Virus record (IMG/VR): IMGVR_UViG_3300009507_003420 | Coordinates: 1 to 36,529 of that record | Length of the DNA: 36,529 nucleotides | Source of the DNA: a virus | Lineage: Duplodnaviria > Caudoviricetes | Strand: one strand, 5' to 3' | In this document: positions 9,048 to 17,115 of the stretch, piece after piece | Position numbering within the stretch: the stretch's first letter is position 1 | Layout: each line of letters starts with the position of its first letter | The notes under the pieces: model-generated | Told to the model about the DNA's origin: nothing | Databases searched by the model: none | The model's input: only the letters and a program-made list of their open reading frames with translations | Made by a program: the position numbers and the translations under genes

Positions 9048-9773
9048 ATGAATTCACGAATTTTTTCGTTAGTTATGCAAAATTTAGAACAAGCGTTTAG
9101 CTTGCCTAAATACAGCGACTTGCAATTAGATAAGCATAGTATTATTGACGATATGCCATTTACACCTGTACGTAAAGAAAAGTTCTGTCAAAGTTTAATG
9201 CATGAATTAGATATTGAACATTTAGATTTGACTGGCACTGTAGAACAATTTGTACAATCATTAGATACATTTTATATGAAACGGTTCTTTGGAGAAATTT
9301 GGAAACCTAATACAGATGACCATACCTATAGTGGTTGGAGCATTGTTGATAGAATAAATGAGCGTGATCCAAAAAATGTTTTAGACTTTGGTTGTGGTTA
9401 TAATCAATTTAAACCACGTATAAAGAATCTTACAGGAATAGATCCTTTTAACGAAAATGCTGATTACATGGTAGACATATTAGACTTTAATGTAGATGAA
9501 AAGTATGACCATATGATTGTGTTTGGTAGTTTAAACTTTGGTGATGAAAAGGATATACGTACACGCTTTAAAAAGTTACATTCGTTACTAGACGTAGGTG
9601 GAAGGATGTATTTTAGAGTCAATCCAGGAATACTTTGGCCCAAAGGACCTTACGTAGATATATTTCCATGGAGTTTTGAATTTGCGTATGCACTTGCAAA
9701 AGAATATAACTGTAAGTTAGAGCAATTCAAAAAAGATAGAAAACGTTTCTATTTTGAAATACTAAAGATGTGA
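9048..9773 (+). CDS. class I SAM-dependent methyltransferase with N-terminal ACP-like helical domain
   Basis: Motif I VLDFGCGYN, GIDP, YDHMIVFGSLNF and LLDVGGRMYFR. The N-terminal ~75 aa follow acyl-carrier-protein spacing. Alternative GTG start at 9036. Confidence 0.8.
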   Translation: MNSRIFSLVMQNLEQAFSLPKYSDLQLDKHSIIDDMPFTPVRKEKFCQSLMHELDIEHLDLTGTVEQFVQSLDTFYMKRFFGEIWKPNTDDHTYSGWSIVDRINERDPKNVLDFGCGYNQFKPRIKNLTGIDPFNENADYMVDILDFNVDEKYDHMIVFGSLNFGDEKDIRTRFKKLHSLLDVGGRMYFRVNPGILWPKGPYVDIFPWSFEFAYALAKEYNCKLEQFKKDRKRFYFEILKM

Positions 9774-10490
9774 TCTGTTTTCAAACAGTACTTTACACTT
9801 ATCATAATTTTCTTTGTTAATTACAAGTTGCAATTTATTACATACTTCTTCATATACATCATACTTTAAGATATCATTTATTTCTGTAATAACAACATCA
9901 TCTTCAGTTGAGTGTGTTTTATAATTTTCAATTTGTATTTCAAACTCATTAGCAAGTACTTGCTTCATAGTAATACCTTGTTCTTTAGCTCTATCTTCAT
10001 ATAAATCTTTGTACAAATATTCTTTGTTTTTAGGATCAACAAAATAATAATAACTTGATCGCATCCATCTTTCAATTAATAATTCAATATCATCTGGTAT
10101 TACAACAATATACTGTGCAGGATTAAAAAACTTTTTAGTTTTATCTAAGTCATCATGCAATGTATATATAAAGTGATTAGGATATAATTTTTTCTTCCAT
10201 GCTTGAATGTCCGCAGAAGTAGTTGTTATTCCTCTTGACTGAGCAAAACTTAATACTGGAGGTATAGTAAATTCAGGATCTAGTCCTTCAGGTTTAGCTC
10301 CTTTAAATCTTTTGTTAAAGTGCATTTTACTAAAGTCTTTATCTTTGCCCATATAAGGTAACCAAGGATGTTCATTATTTTGTTCGTGGTCAAACCACAC
10401 TACATTTTCGCAACAGGCTATCATACGCCCAAGCATGTGTCCTCCACTTCCTTGTGGGAAATTTAGTGTTATACAATTACTTTCTACCAT
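9762..10490 (-). CDS. hypothetical protein, possibly sulfotransferase/P-loop-like fold
   Basis: N-terminal strand-loop-helix ITLNFPQGSGGHMLGRMI resembles the PAPS-binding/P-loop start. ATG at 10490 is coupled to the upstream stop. Confidence 0.5.
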   Translation of the reverse strand: MVESNCITLNFPQGSGGHMLGRMIACCENVVWFDHEQNNEHPWLPYMGKDKDFSKMHFNKRFKGAKPEGLDPEFTIPPVLSFAQSRGITTTSADIQAWKKKLYPNHFIYTLHDDLDKTKKFFNPAQYIVVIPDDIELLIERWMRSSYYYFVDPKNKEYLYKDLYEDRAKEQGITMKQVLANEFEIQIENYKTHSTEDDVVITEINDILKYDVYEEVCNKLQLVINKENYDKCKVLFENRSHL

Positions 10491-11160
10491 AGTACCAATA
10501 ACTTCCTTTTTCAAATTTTATAATATCGCCTGTAGCAAACCAATCATCGTATACACAAATATCACCTTTAACCATTAATTCATTCCATTCAGATATTTGT
10601 ATATCACAAAATGCTGTGTCGCCCATTATAGTATATCCTGGCAAATCATATGCTACTGCATCTTGTGGCGTATATGTTTTGTTTATGGCCATTGGACCTA
10701 CTTCGCTCATTCCCCAGTTGGCAATAAAAGTGGCACCCTTGGCTACAAATCTGTTAATAGATTCTGCAGGTACTCTATCGCTACCACAAGCAATAATCTT
10801 ACCTTCTAAGTCTAAGTTGTTCCATCCTTTAGTCTTTGATATAGCAAGACACATTCCGGGTGTTAAATGGCTGTGAGTAAAATGTTTGATATTGGTTACC
10901 CAACGAAAGGGATTAAATTGCTCTATATGCACTTCGGCATCAATTTCTATAGCTGGTAATGTTTGTGCAAGCAATCCTCCTGCATGATCTAATTTGCAAA
11001 CAGTATAAATTTTACTTGTGCTTGTAATCTTTTGCACATCACGTGCCGCTTGATTTGCATATTTAATTTTATCAGGGCTTTGATATATTTGTTTTGCAGC
11101 TCCTGTTGTACCGCTAGAAGTAATACTAGTCCCGTTTTTTAAAATGCTTTTCAGTTCCAT
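10477..11160 (-). CDS. minimal AMP-binding enzyme (core only, 227 aa)
   Basis: TSSGTTGAAK near the N-terminus, LDHAGG, WGMSEVGP and WFATGD; ends at YYGRK with no C-terminal subdomain. Confidence 0.8.
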   Translation of the reverse strand: MELKSILKNGTSITSSGTTGAAKQIYQSPDKIKYANQAARDVQKITSTSKIYTVCKLDHAGGLLAQTLPAIEIDAEVHIEQFNPFRWVTNIKHFTHSHLTPGMCLAISKTKGWNNLDLEGKIIACGSDRVPAESINRFVAKGATFIANWGMSEVGPMAINKTYTPQDAVAYDLPGYTIMGDTAFCDIQISEWNELMVKGDICVYDDWFATGDIIKFEKGSYWYYGRK

Positions 11161-11332
11161 CCGTAATCTTCTTGGCTAGTTTGTATGGCGTAAATGCAAA
11201 TAAAGGAGGAAATATGGCATGTATTGTACCAGTTATAAACACTAATAGAGCTAGTATGTTAAAGTACATAGCATAAAATAAATGCTTAAAGTAACCTGTT
11301 TTTATTTTTTTTAAATGGTTCCATTCTATCAT
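11126..11332 (-). CDS. small membrane protein, DUF6356-like
   Basis: Pattern HL...GYFKHL.YA...IHAIFPPLF with a hydrophobic helix. ATG at 11332 follows the AAGGA RBS. Confidence 0.65.
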   Translation of the reverse strand: MIEWNHLKKIKTGYFKHLFYAMYFNILALLVFITGTIHAIFPPLFAFTPYKLAKKITDGTEKHFKKRD

Positions 11333-11377
11333 AACATATTTTCCTTTAATAATGACCAACTGTGTTTACCCATTACA

Positions 11378-11899
11378 TTATACATATCGTTCCCTTATTT
11401 CAAAATATTTTTTCACGTTTAATTTCCATACGCTTTGAACAGCATTAAAAATTTGTTCATCACCTATATAATCTACCATGCCGCCTTTGGCCATAGCAGA
11501 AAAGCTATTATGTATCCTATTCATTCGTCCACTATTATCCCTGTTAGTGTTTGTTGTAATATATAATGGTTTATTTTTTGCAAATTCAATCTGTAGTGGA
11601 AGGTGTGCATATATTGGCCAACTTTGCATTTGGTATCTGTTCAAACCTTTTATAGGATGTTGCTTTAACTGTGCTCCGCGATACACCGCTCTATATCCGT
11701 TTTTAAAAGGATGGATACCTGACATACTAATTATGCTGTCTTCTTCGTATGTAACATACCACATGCCTCCTTCTAAACACCAGTTCCAACGAAGTTCTTT
11801 TAAACTGCTATTATTTTTATAACCTAACAGGGTGCATTGTTCTATAAAGTCTTCTAGAGCAGGAGTGACTTGGGTTAGTTGGTTAGTAGAGTAATTCAT
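11378..11899 (-). CDS. hypothetical protein, probable divergent GNAT-fold acyltransferase
   Basis: The WYVTYEEDSIISMSGIHP beta-hairpin and KPLYITTN strand resemble GNAT strands; the acetyl-CoA loop is not clearly canonical. Confidence 0.45.
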   Translation of the reverse strand: MNYSTNQLTQVTPALEDFIEQCTLLGYKNNSSLKELRWNWCLEGGMWYVTYEEDSIISMSGIHPFKNGYRAVYRGAQLKQHPIKGLNRYQMQSWPIYAHLPLQIEFAKNKPLYITTNTNRDNSGRMNRIHNSFSAMAKGGMVDYIGDEQIFNAVQSVWKLNVKKYFEIRERYV

Positions 11900-12516
11900 C
11901 TAATTGCTAAATTATCCAACATCTTTTGTACAACTTCTTTGTTTGTTGTAATGTTTAGCACTATCATATATGCATCTTCGATGCCGGCATTAAATAAATG
12001 ATGTGTTTTTGCTGTATTAAGAAAATACACAGCACCTTTTTCCCAGGGTAGAATTTTGTCTTCTAACATAAATGTGAATCTTGGATAATCCATATTCATC
12101 AAAGGTACAATAATCCTAAAAGTTTCTAATTGTAAACTTTTGAAATCTCTGTGTGGAGGAAAATATCCACCTGGAGGTATTTTTAAAAAGTGCGATCTCC
12201 CTACATATGGCTGGAAAAAATCACATAATTTTTTTATTTCTGGATGTTCATAAACTGGAGTAGGAACATTCATATCTTGTTCTGTAGGCATGTTTGCAGG
12301 ATCTTCTGTCCATATACTGTCTAAATCTGGTCTCCCTGACAATCCGCCGTCTAAACTTGTAATACTTAATCCATACCTGTTTATTTTTTTGTTCGGATTA
12401 TACTGTACATAATCAAAATTTTCTTCAGTCCATTTAACTAATCCTTTAGGATCTTTTATTTTAAAGTTTAGCTTAGTTAAATCTCCGTAACTGCACAATG
12501 TTAAATATTCGATCAC
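11896..12516 (-). CDS. 2OG-Fe(II) dioxygenase, aspartyl/asparaginyl beta-hydroxylase-like
   Basis: GRSHFLKIPPGGYFPPHRD (HxD), RIIVPL and YFLNTAKTHHLFN (distal His). GTG start with AGGAG RBS. Confidence 0.85.
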   Translation of the reverse strand: MIEYLTLCSYGDLTKLNFKIKDPKGLVKWTEENFDYVQYNPNKKINRYGLSITSLDGGLSGRPDLDSIWTEDPANMPTEQDMNVPTPVYEHPEIKKLCDFFQPYVGRSHFLKIPPGGYFPPHRDFKSLQLETFRIIVPLMNMDYPRFTFMLEDKILPWEKGAVYFLNTAKTHHLFNAGIEDAYMIVLNITTNKEVVQKMLDNLAIR

Positions 12517-12536
12517 CTGCTTCTCCTACTCAAAAG

Positions 12537-12544
12537 TATTTATA
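12537..12544 (-). promoter_or_regulatory. T4-type late promoter TATAAATA (leftward)
   Basis: Exact TATAAATA on the minus strand just upstream of the RBS of the 2OG oxygenase. Confidence 0.7.
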
Positions 12545-12577
12545 TAGCCAGTAACACATATACAGTAAGTAATGGCT

Positions 12578-12585
12578 TATAAATA
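12578..12585 (+). promoter_or_regulatory. T4-type late promoter TATAAATA (rightward)
   Basis: Exact TATAAATA 7 nt upstream of ATG 12593, heading the 12593-20864 operon. Confidence 0.7.
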
Positions 12586-12592
12586 TTACATA

Positions 12593-13441
12593 ATGATAAA
12601 CATAGTAGTTACAAGCAAACCAGTTGACGGCTTATTCTATTACAGTTATGAATACTGTACGATTCTAAATCAAATGGGCTATGATGCTAGGGTTGTAGTA
12701 GTTCCACATAGAAAATTTAGTGGCGATAACTACATCAAATCCATTTCCAACAAATACATACACTGCAAAAATCTAGAATTCAGCAGTTTGCCAGATCCAG
12801 ATGATGTAACTCTCATACTAGGACGCAGCATGATGACACTGAGTTGGCAGAGTTTCAATGACTATACACCCGCACAAAAAACCAGCCTGCGATTACTGTT
12901 TGCTGGCAAGGTAATAAGTGTGTACAGTGAAAACCATCCCCTAGGATATCCCAAGGCAGTTGATTTTTATCAACCAGAAAAAATCGTAGATTTATGTGAC
13001 ACTGAAGTCTATCCAAACGGTGTTGGTGCTCATTTTGAAAAAACCATAAATTTCAGCATATACAAACCACACACAGACAACATAAAATTCAAACACTTAT
13101 TCCTAGGTACCAACCCTGAATACTATGCCTCAGTTGAAAAGGTAATAGATCAATTTCCTGATCATGGGATCTTGACATATGACGCAAAGTATGTTAATAT
13201 AAAGCATAATAATATATTTGTACCAGTAGAAAATCTTATGAGCATGTTTGAAACATATGTGTACACAAAAGAAACATTTGATCCTGCTCCTAGAATTTTT
13301 CAAGAGTGCAAGTACTATGGCAAGGATATAATTTATTTGAGAGACAAAAACATAGTTGATGGTGGTAGCGTGTATTGGAACCGTGATCCAAAACAACCAG
13401 ATGTTACCGCAATAACATCTGCGATCAAGGAGTTTGAATGA
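12593..13441 (+). CDS. divergent GT-B-fold glycosyltransferase-like protein
   Basis: N-terminal INIVVTS..DG..Y..E....L..MGYDARVVV and C-terminal YVYTKETFDPAPRIFQECKYYGKDII echo the GT4 motifs (..E.FG...LEAMA.G.PVI). Confidence 0.5.
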   Translation: MINIVVTSKPVDGLFYYSYEYCTILNQMGYDARVVVVPHRKFSGDNYIKSISNKYIHCKNLEFSSLPDPDDVTLILGRSMMTLSWQSFNDYTPAQKTSLRLLFAGKVISVYSENHPLGYPKAVDFYQPEKIVDLCDTEVYPNGVGAHFEKTINFSIYKPHTDNIKFKHLFLGTNPEYYASVEKVIDQFPDHGILTYDAKYVNIKHNNIFVPVENLMSMFETYVYTKETFDPAPRIFQECKYYGKDIIYLRDKNIVDGGSVYWNRDPKQPDVTAITSAIKEFE

Positions 13442-13788
13442 AAATACAACCTAAATGTTTAGCGTTTGGTACTAGAGACAACAAAGGAGCAGCATATACT
13501 TCTGATGGTTTTATGCTGCCGTGTTGCTGGATGGATGATCCTCCTGTATATAGATATATTGTAGAAGCCGGGTTAAAAGATGAAGAATTATTACTTTCTA
13601 ATAACGAAAGTTTAGATGATATCTTTACATCAGACCAGTGGGAAAACTTTTTTCAAACACTACTTAATAAACCCGATTGTGCTTCTTATATGTGCAAAAA
13701 GAAATGCGGTGTTGATATAGACAAGGACAAAGTAAGAGAAGAAGAACGTAAAGAAGTAAGGGAGCAAGCAAATGGCGCGGATTACTGA
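13438..13788 (+). CDS. stand-alone SPASM/Twitch Fe-S cluster domain protein
   Basis: PKC...AYTSDGFMLPCCW...SLDDIFTSDQW...CASYMCKKKC. Confidence 0.75.
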   Translation: MKIQPKCLAFGTRDNKGAAYTSDGFMLPCCWMDDPPVYRYIVEAGLKDEELLLSNNESLDDIFTSDQWENFFQTLLNKPDCASYMCKKKCGVDIDKDKVREEERKEVREQANGADY

Positions 13789-14521
13789 TGAATACGTAAT
13801 TAAACAAAAACTATGTCGTCCTAACATTGATGCTTCTCATAGATGTATTTTTAGATGTCCACAGTGTATTAGACAAAAAACATCTAGTCAAGATCAAATT
13901 AAAAGATCTTTTGATTTAGAAGCAGAACAGTTTAAAAAAATACTTGACTACTATGATTATGGTTTAACGTTTTGTGGACAGATCTCAGATCCAATATATC
14001 ATCCTAAGTTTTTAGAACTACTTAAAATGTGCGACGGACAAGGTAAAGCTGTACGTATTGCTACAGTAGGCAGTGGTAAGAGCGATGCTTGGTGGGATGA
14101 AGCGTATAGTTATGGTGTAGGCGAAAACGCTTGGTACTTTGGTGTAGATGGTATTGACGAAAAGAGCGAATTGTATCGTGTTGGGTCAAAGTTTACAGAT
14201 GTATGGAAGCGTATGAAGCAAGGTAGAGATCAAGGTCATGTTATTGTTTGGCAATATATTATTTTCGGTTACAACGAACACGAAGTTAACGAAGCAATAG
14301 AAATAGCAAAGCAAGAAGATTTTGCCCTACTACTTATTAATACTAATAGAGGATTTAATCCGGATAGCCCATTGTTAAGAAAGAATGTAGATTTTAAACT
14401 TACATCTCCTGATAAAAAACATACGCAAGAACGTGTAAAAAAAGAATACTGGGGACATAAAACTACAGCGTTAGAACAGTGGCACAAATTACCTCGACGA
14501 AAGTTAGAAGGAAAAGCATAA
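13772..14521 (+). CDS. radical SAM enzyme (core only)
   Basis: CIFRCPQC, FCGQISDP, FGVDG...YRVG and WQYIIFGYNEHEV; no C-terminal Cys cluster; has its own AGGGAG RBS. Confidence 0.88.
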   Translation: MARITDEYVIKQKLCRPNIDASHRCIFRCPQCIRQKTSSQDQIKRSFDLEAEQFKKILDYYDYGLTFCGQISDPIYHPKFLELLKMCDGQGKAVRIATVGSGKSDAWWDEAYSYGVGENAWYFGVDGIDEKSELYRVGSKFTDVWKRMKQGRDQGHVIVWQYIIFGYNEHEVNEAIEIAKQEDFALLLINTNRGFNPDSPLLRKNVDFKLTSPDKKHTQERVKKEYWGHKTTALEQWHKLPRRKLEGKA

Positions 14522-15607
14522 ATGATAACATATGATGCGTGGGACAGAGAGTACCAAGAAAATAAAGAAGCATATTTAAAAATCTTTGATAATTTTATGA
14601 GTCAAATGAACTACGAAAACAATGAAGAGTTTGAAAGTAAATTTGCACAACGTATAGGACGTAAGCATTGTATTAGTGTTTCTAGTGCTACAGATGCACT
14701 ACACTTTGCACTACGAGCCCATGGTATCGGTCCAGGAGACGAAGTACTAGTAACAGATTTTAGTTGGATCTCTAGTGCTAGTTGTGTAGACATGGTAGGC
14801 GCTACTCCTGTTTTCTGTGACATAGATATAGACAGTTATCATATGTCATTAGATAGTATAAAACGCATGTACAGTGACAACGTAAAAGCAATTATATATC
14901 CGCATCTATTTGGAAATATGTCAGACACTTCAGAGATACAAAAATTTTGTAGAGAAAGAAATATATTGTTTATTGAAGATGCAGCACAATCACTAGGAAG
15001 TAGTTTACATGGAATAAAAGCAGGTACCATAGGTGATTGCTCAGTATACAGTTTTAATTCTAACAAAGTAATCGCTGGAATTAATGGCGGCGGTGTCGTA
15101 CTAACAGACGACGAAGATATTGCAAAACGTGTTAAAATGATTAGACGTCATGGTAAAGATAAAGATTTTAGTATGCTAGGTTATAACAGTCGTATGTACG
15201 TTTTCAATGCACAAATTATAAATTTACGTTTACGTCATGCCGAAAAAAATCAAGAACGAAGACAACAAATTGCAAAACATTACAATGAAGCATTTGCTGA
15301 TTTAGATGTTTATACACAATCTATGTCAAATGGCCTTAATCACAACTACCATAAGTATGTTGTAAGATTCAAAGATAAAGATACTCGCAAGCGTGTAAAA
15401 ACTGCTTTAAACGCTAGTATACACTATGAAGCACCTTTGAGTGCAAATAGTATGTATGACGGCTTAGAGTGCAGGAGAGACGCTTGTACAGCGTCTAAGA
15501 CGGCATCTAACACTGTTTTATCTTTACCTATACACGCTTATCTTACAGATGAAGAAGTAAATGAAATTATAGATAAAGTGAAATCAGCATATGAACATAA
15601 CGTATAA
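14522..15607 (+). CDS. DegT/DnrJ/EryC1/StrS-family PLP sugar aminotransferase
   Basis: SSATDALH, GIGPGDEV, GATPVFCDID, HLFG, IEDAAQSLG, SFNSNKVI (PLP Lys), GYNSRM and LSLPIH. Confidence 0.95.
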   Translation: MITYDAWDREYQENKEAYLKIFDNFMSQMNYENNEEFESKFAQRIGRKHCISVSSATDALHFALRAHGIGPGDEVLVTDFSWISSASCVDMVGATPVFCDIDIDSYHMSLDSIKRMYSDNVKAIIYPHLFGNMSDTSEIQKFCRERNILFIEDAAQSLGSSLHGIKAGTIGDCSVYSFNSNKVIAGINGGGVVLTDDEDIAKRVKMIRRHGKDKDFSMLGYNSRMYVFNAQIINLRLRHAEKNQERRQQIAKHYNEAFADLDVYTQSMSNGLNHNYHKYVVRFKDKDTRKRVKTALNASIHYEAPLSANSMYDGLECRRDACTASKTASNTVLSLPIHAYLTDEEVNEIIDKVKSAYEHNV

Positions 15608-16322
15608 TAATCAGACAATAGATTTTACTATGCCTAATAATCATGAAATAGTGATTTCATTGTCAGGCGGAGCAGATTCTGCGGCTTTGTTTTATCTAGC
15701 ATGTAAACACTATCCAGAAAAACTATATATTCCCTTCACAGGATTAGATGAAAATGCGCCTAAAGATGCAGAAGCAGCATTGCTTATCACAAAGTTTATG
15801 AAAAAAAAATTTAAAAGATTACAAATAAGAAATCTTAGTGTATTTAATTTTAACGATAGAGAATACAAATACACAACTTATAAACAAGTAAAAAAAGTTA
15901 GAAAAAGAAGATTTCCGGAAATGAATATGAGACAAGTTTCTAAAATGGTTCAATTAAATAAAATAGGATTGGATATGTATAACAATTTTCCTTTTTCTAT
16001 AGAGATAGACGGAATGACAGCTAACCCTTCAATAGAAGACATGCAAAATAATAATTTTGGTCATTTTGGCGAAGATCGTAGAAATTTAAATGAAGAAATA
16101 CTGACATTTAGAAATAACAGATGGCAACCTTTTGTAAACGTAAATAAAAAATTTATTGCAGATATCTATAAGAAAAATAAATTACTAAATAGTTTGTTCC
16201 CAATTACAAGATCATGCACCGGAACAGCTATAGAGACAAATAATTTTACTAAAGAGTGTCATAAATGTTTTTGGTGTTTTGAAAGAAAATGGGCATTTAA
16301 TTTAGACTGGAGGGGATACTAA
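15591..16322 (+). CDS. QueC-like PP-loop ATPase (adenine-nucleotide alpha hydrolase) with C-terminal Zn motif
   Basis: SLSGGADSA PP-loop; PF...NK..I; TRSC...CHKCFWCFER. Confidence 0.8.
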   Translation: MNITYNNQTIDFTMPNNHEIVISLSGGADSAALFYLACKHYPEKLYIPFTGLDENAPKDAEAALLITKFMKKKFKRLQIRNLSVFNFNDREYKYTTYKQVKKVRKRRFPEMNMRQVSKMVQLNKIGLDMYNNFPFSIEIDGMTANPSIEDMQNNNFGHFGEDRRNLNEEILTFRNNRWQPFVNVNKKFIADIYKKNKLLNSLFPITRSCTGTAIETNNFTKECHKCFWCFERKWAFNLDWRGY

Positions 16323-16326
16323 AGTT

Positions 16327-17115
16327 ATGATAGAAGAAGTATTCAGTAAAAGAAGACAAATTAGAGCGGCTTGGGATCAAAAAAAGATTCCATCTAAAGA
16401 AACAATATACGATTTATTAAAGCGAACATTAAATATTGCACCATCTAAACAGAATTTATTTCCCTTTAAGATACATGCGTTTGGACCAAAAGACATAGAA
16501 GAAAGAGAAATAATAGGACAAATTTGTTCTTTATGGGAAACTGGATCAGTAAATCATTGGGATGACAAATCTAAGAACGGCGATTTTTATAGTGCGGCAG
16601 GCGATTTAAATATTAAGGATTGGGTGCTAGACGATGAAGGGAACGACATGCGTAATGCTCCTTGGGTGCTTGTGTTTGAACAACGCCTTGCTGAAGAAAA
16701 TAATTTTGTTCGAGAACATCACAAGTTACATCAAGACGGTCATAGATTTACTCAAACTGATCCTAAAAGGTTTAGAGAACTCTGTAATACAAAACTAACC
16801 TGTATTGAAATAGGTATGTATTTGCAAACATTAGCTGGATTATGTTTAGAAAACGATTTAAATATTTCATATATAAGAACCTTTCCTGAATGGAAATGGC
16901 TCGGAGTAAAAGGTGAATATAAGAAAGAATCAAATAAAGCTGGTCGACTAGACTGGAGTTCTCTGCCTCAAATCACAGAATCTCCTCTGATGATTGCACA
17001 GATTGGCTATGTTGCAAATGTTGACGATTATTTCAAAAGTAATAGTGTTAATCCTAAGGACATTCATTGGGAAAACAAACCAAGTATTGATGAAATAGTG
17101 AGGTTTAACACATAA
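16327..17115 (+). CDS. nitroreductase-family flavoprotein
   Basis: KRRQIR...APSKQNLFPF, NAPWVLVF, EIGMYLQTL..LC.E..L, IGY and KPSIDEIV. Confidence 0.8.
   Translation: MIEEVFSKRRQIRAAWDQKKIPSKETIYDLLKRTLNIAPSKQNLFPFKIHAFGPKDIEEREIIGQICSLWETGSVNHWDDKSKNGDFYSAAGDLNIKDWVLDDEGNDMRNAPWVLVFEQRLAEENNFVREHHKLHQDGHRFTQTDPKRFRELCNTKLTCIEIGMYLQTLAGLCLENDLNISYIRTFPEWKWLGVKGEYKKESNKAGRLDWSSLPQITESPLMIAQIGYVANVDDYFKSNSVNPKDIHWENKPSIDEIVRFNT

Noticed and set aside
10477-10514. Programmed frameshift fusing the mini-ligase to the downstream ORF
   Set aside because: The downstream ORF has its own ATG (10490) with an upstream purine-rich RBS and does not resemble an ANL C-terminal domain. Ordinary translational coupling explains the overlap.
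15591-16322. 7-deazaguanine DNA modification cluster
   Set aside because: No folE, queD or dpdA in the window, and none of the radical SAMs is clearly QueE. The queC symbol was therefore withheld.
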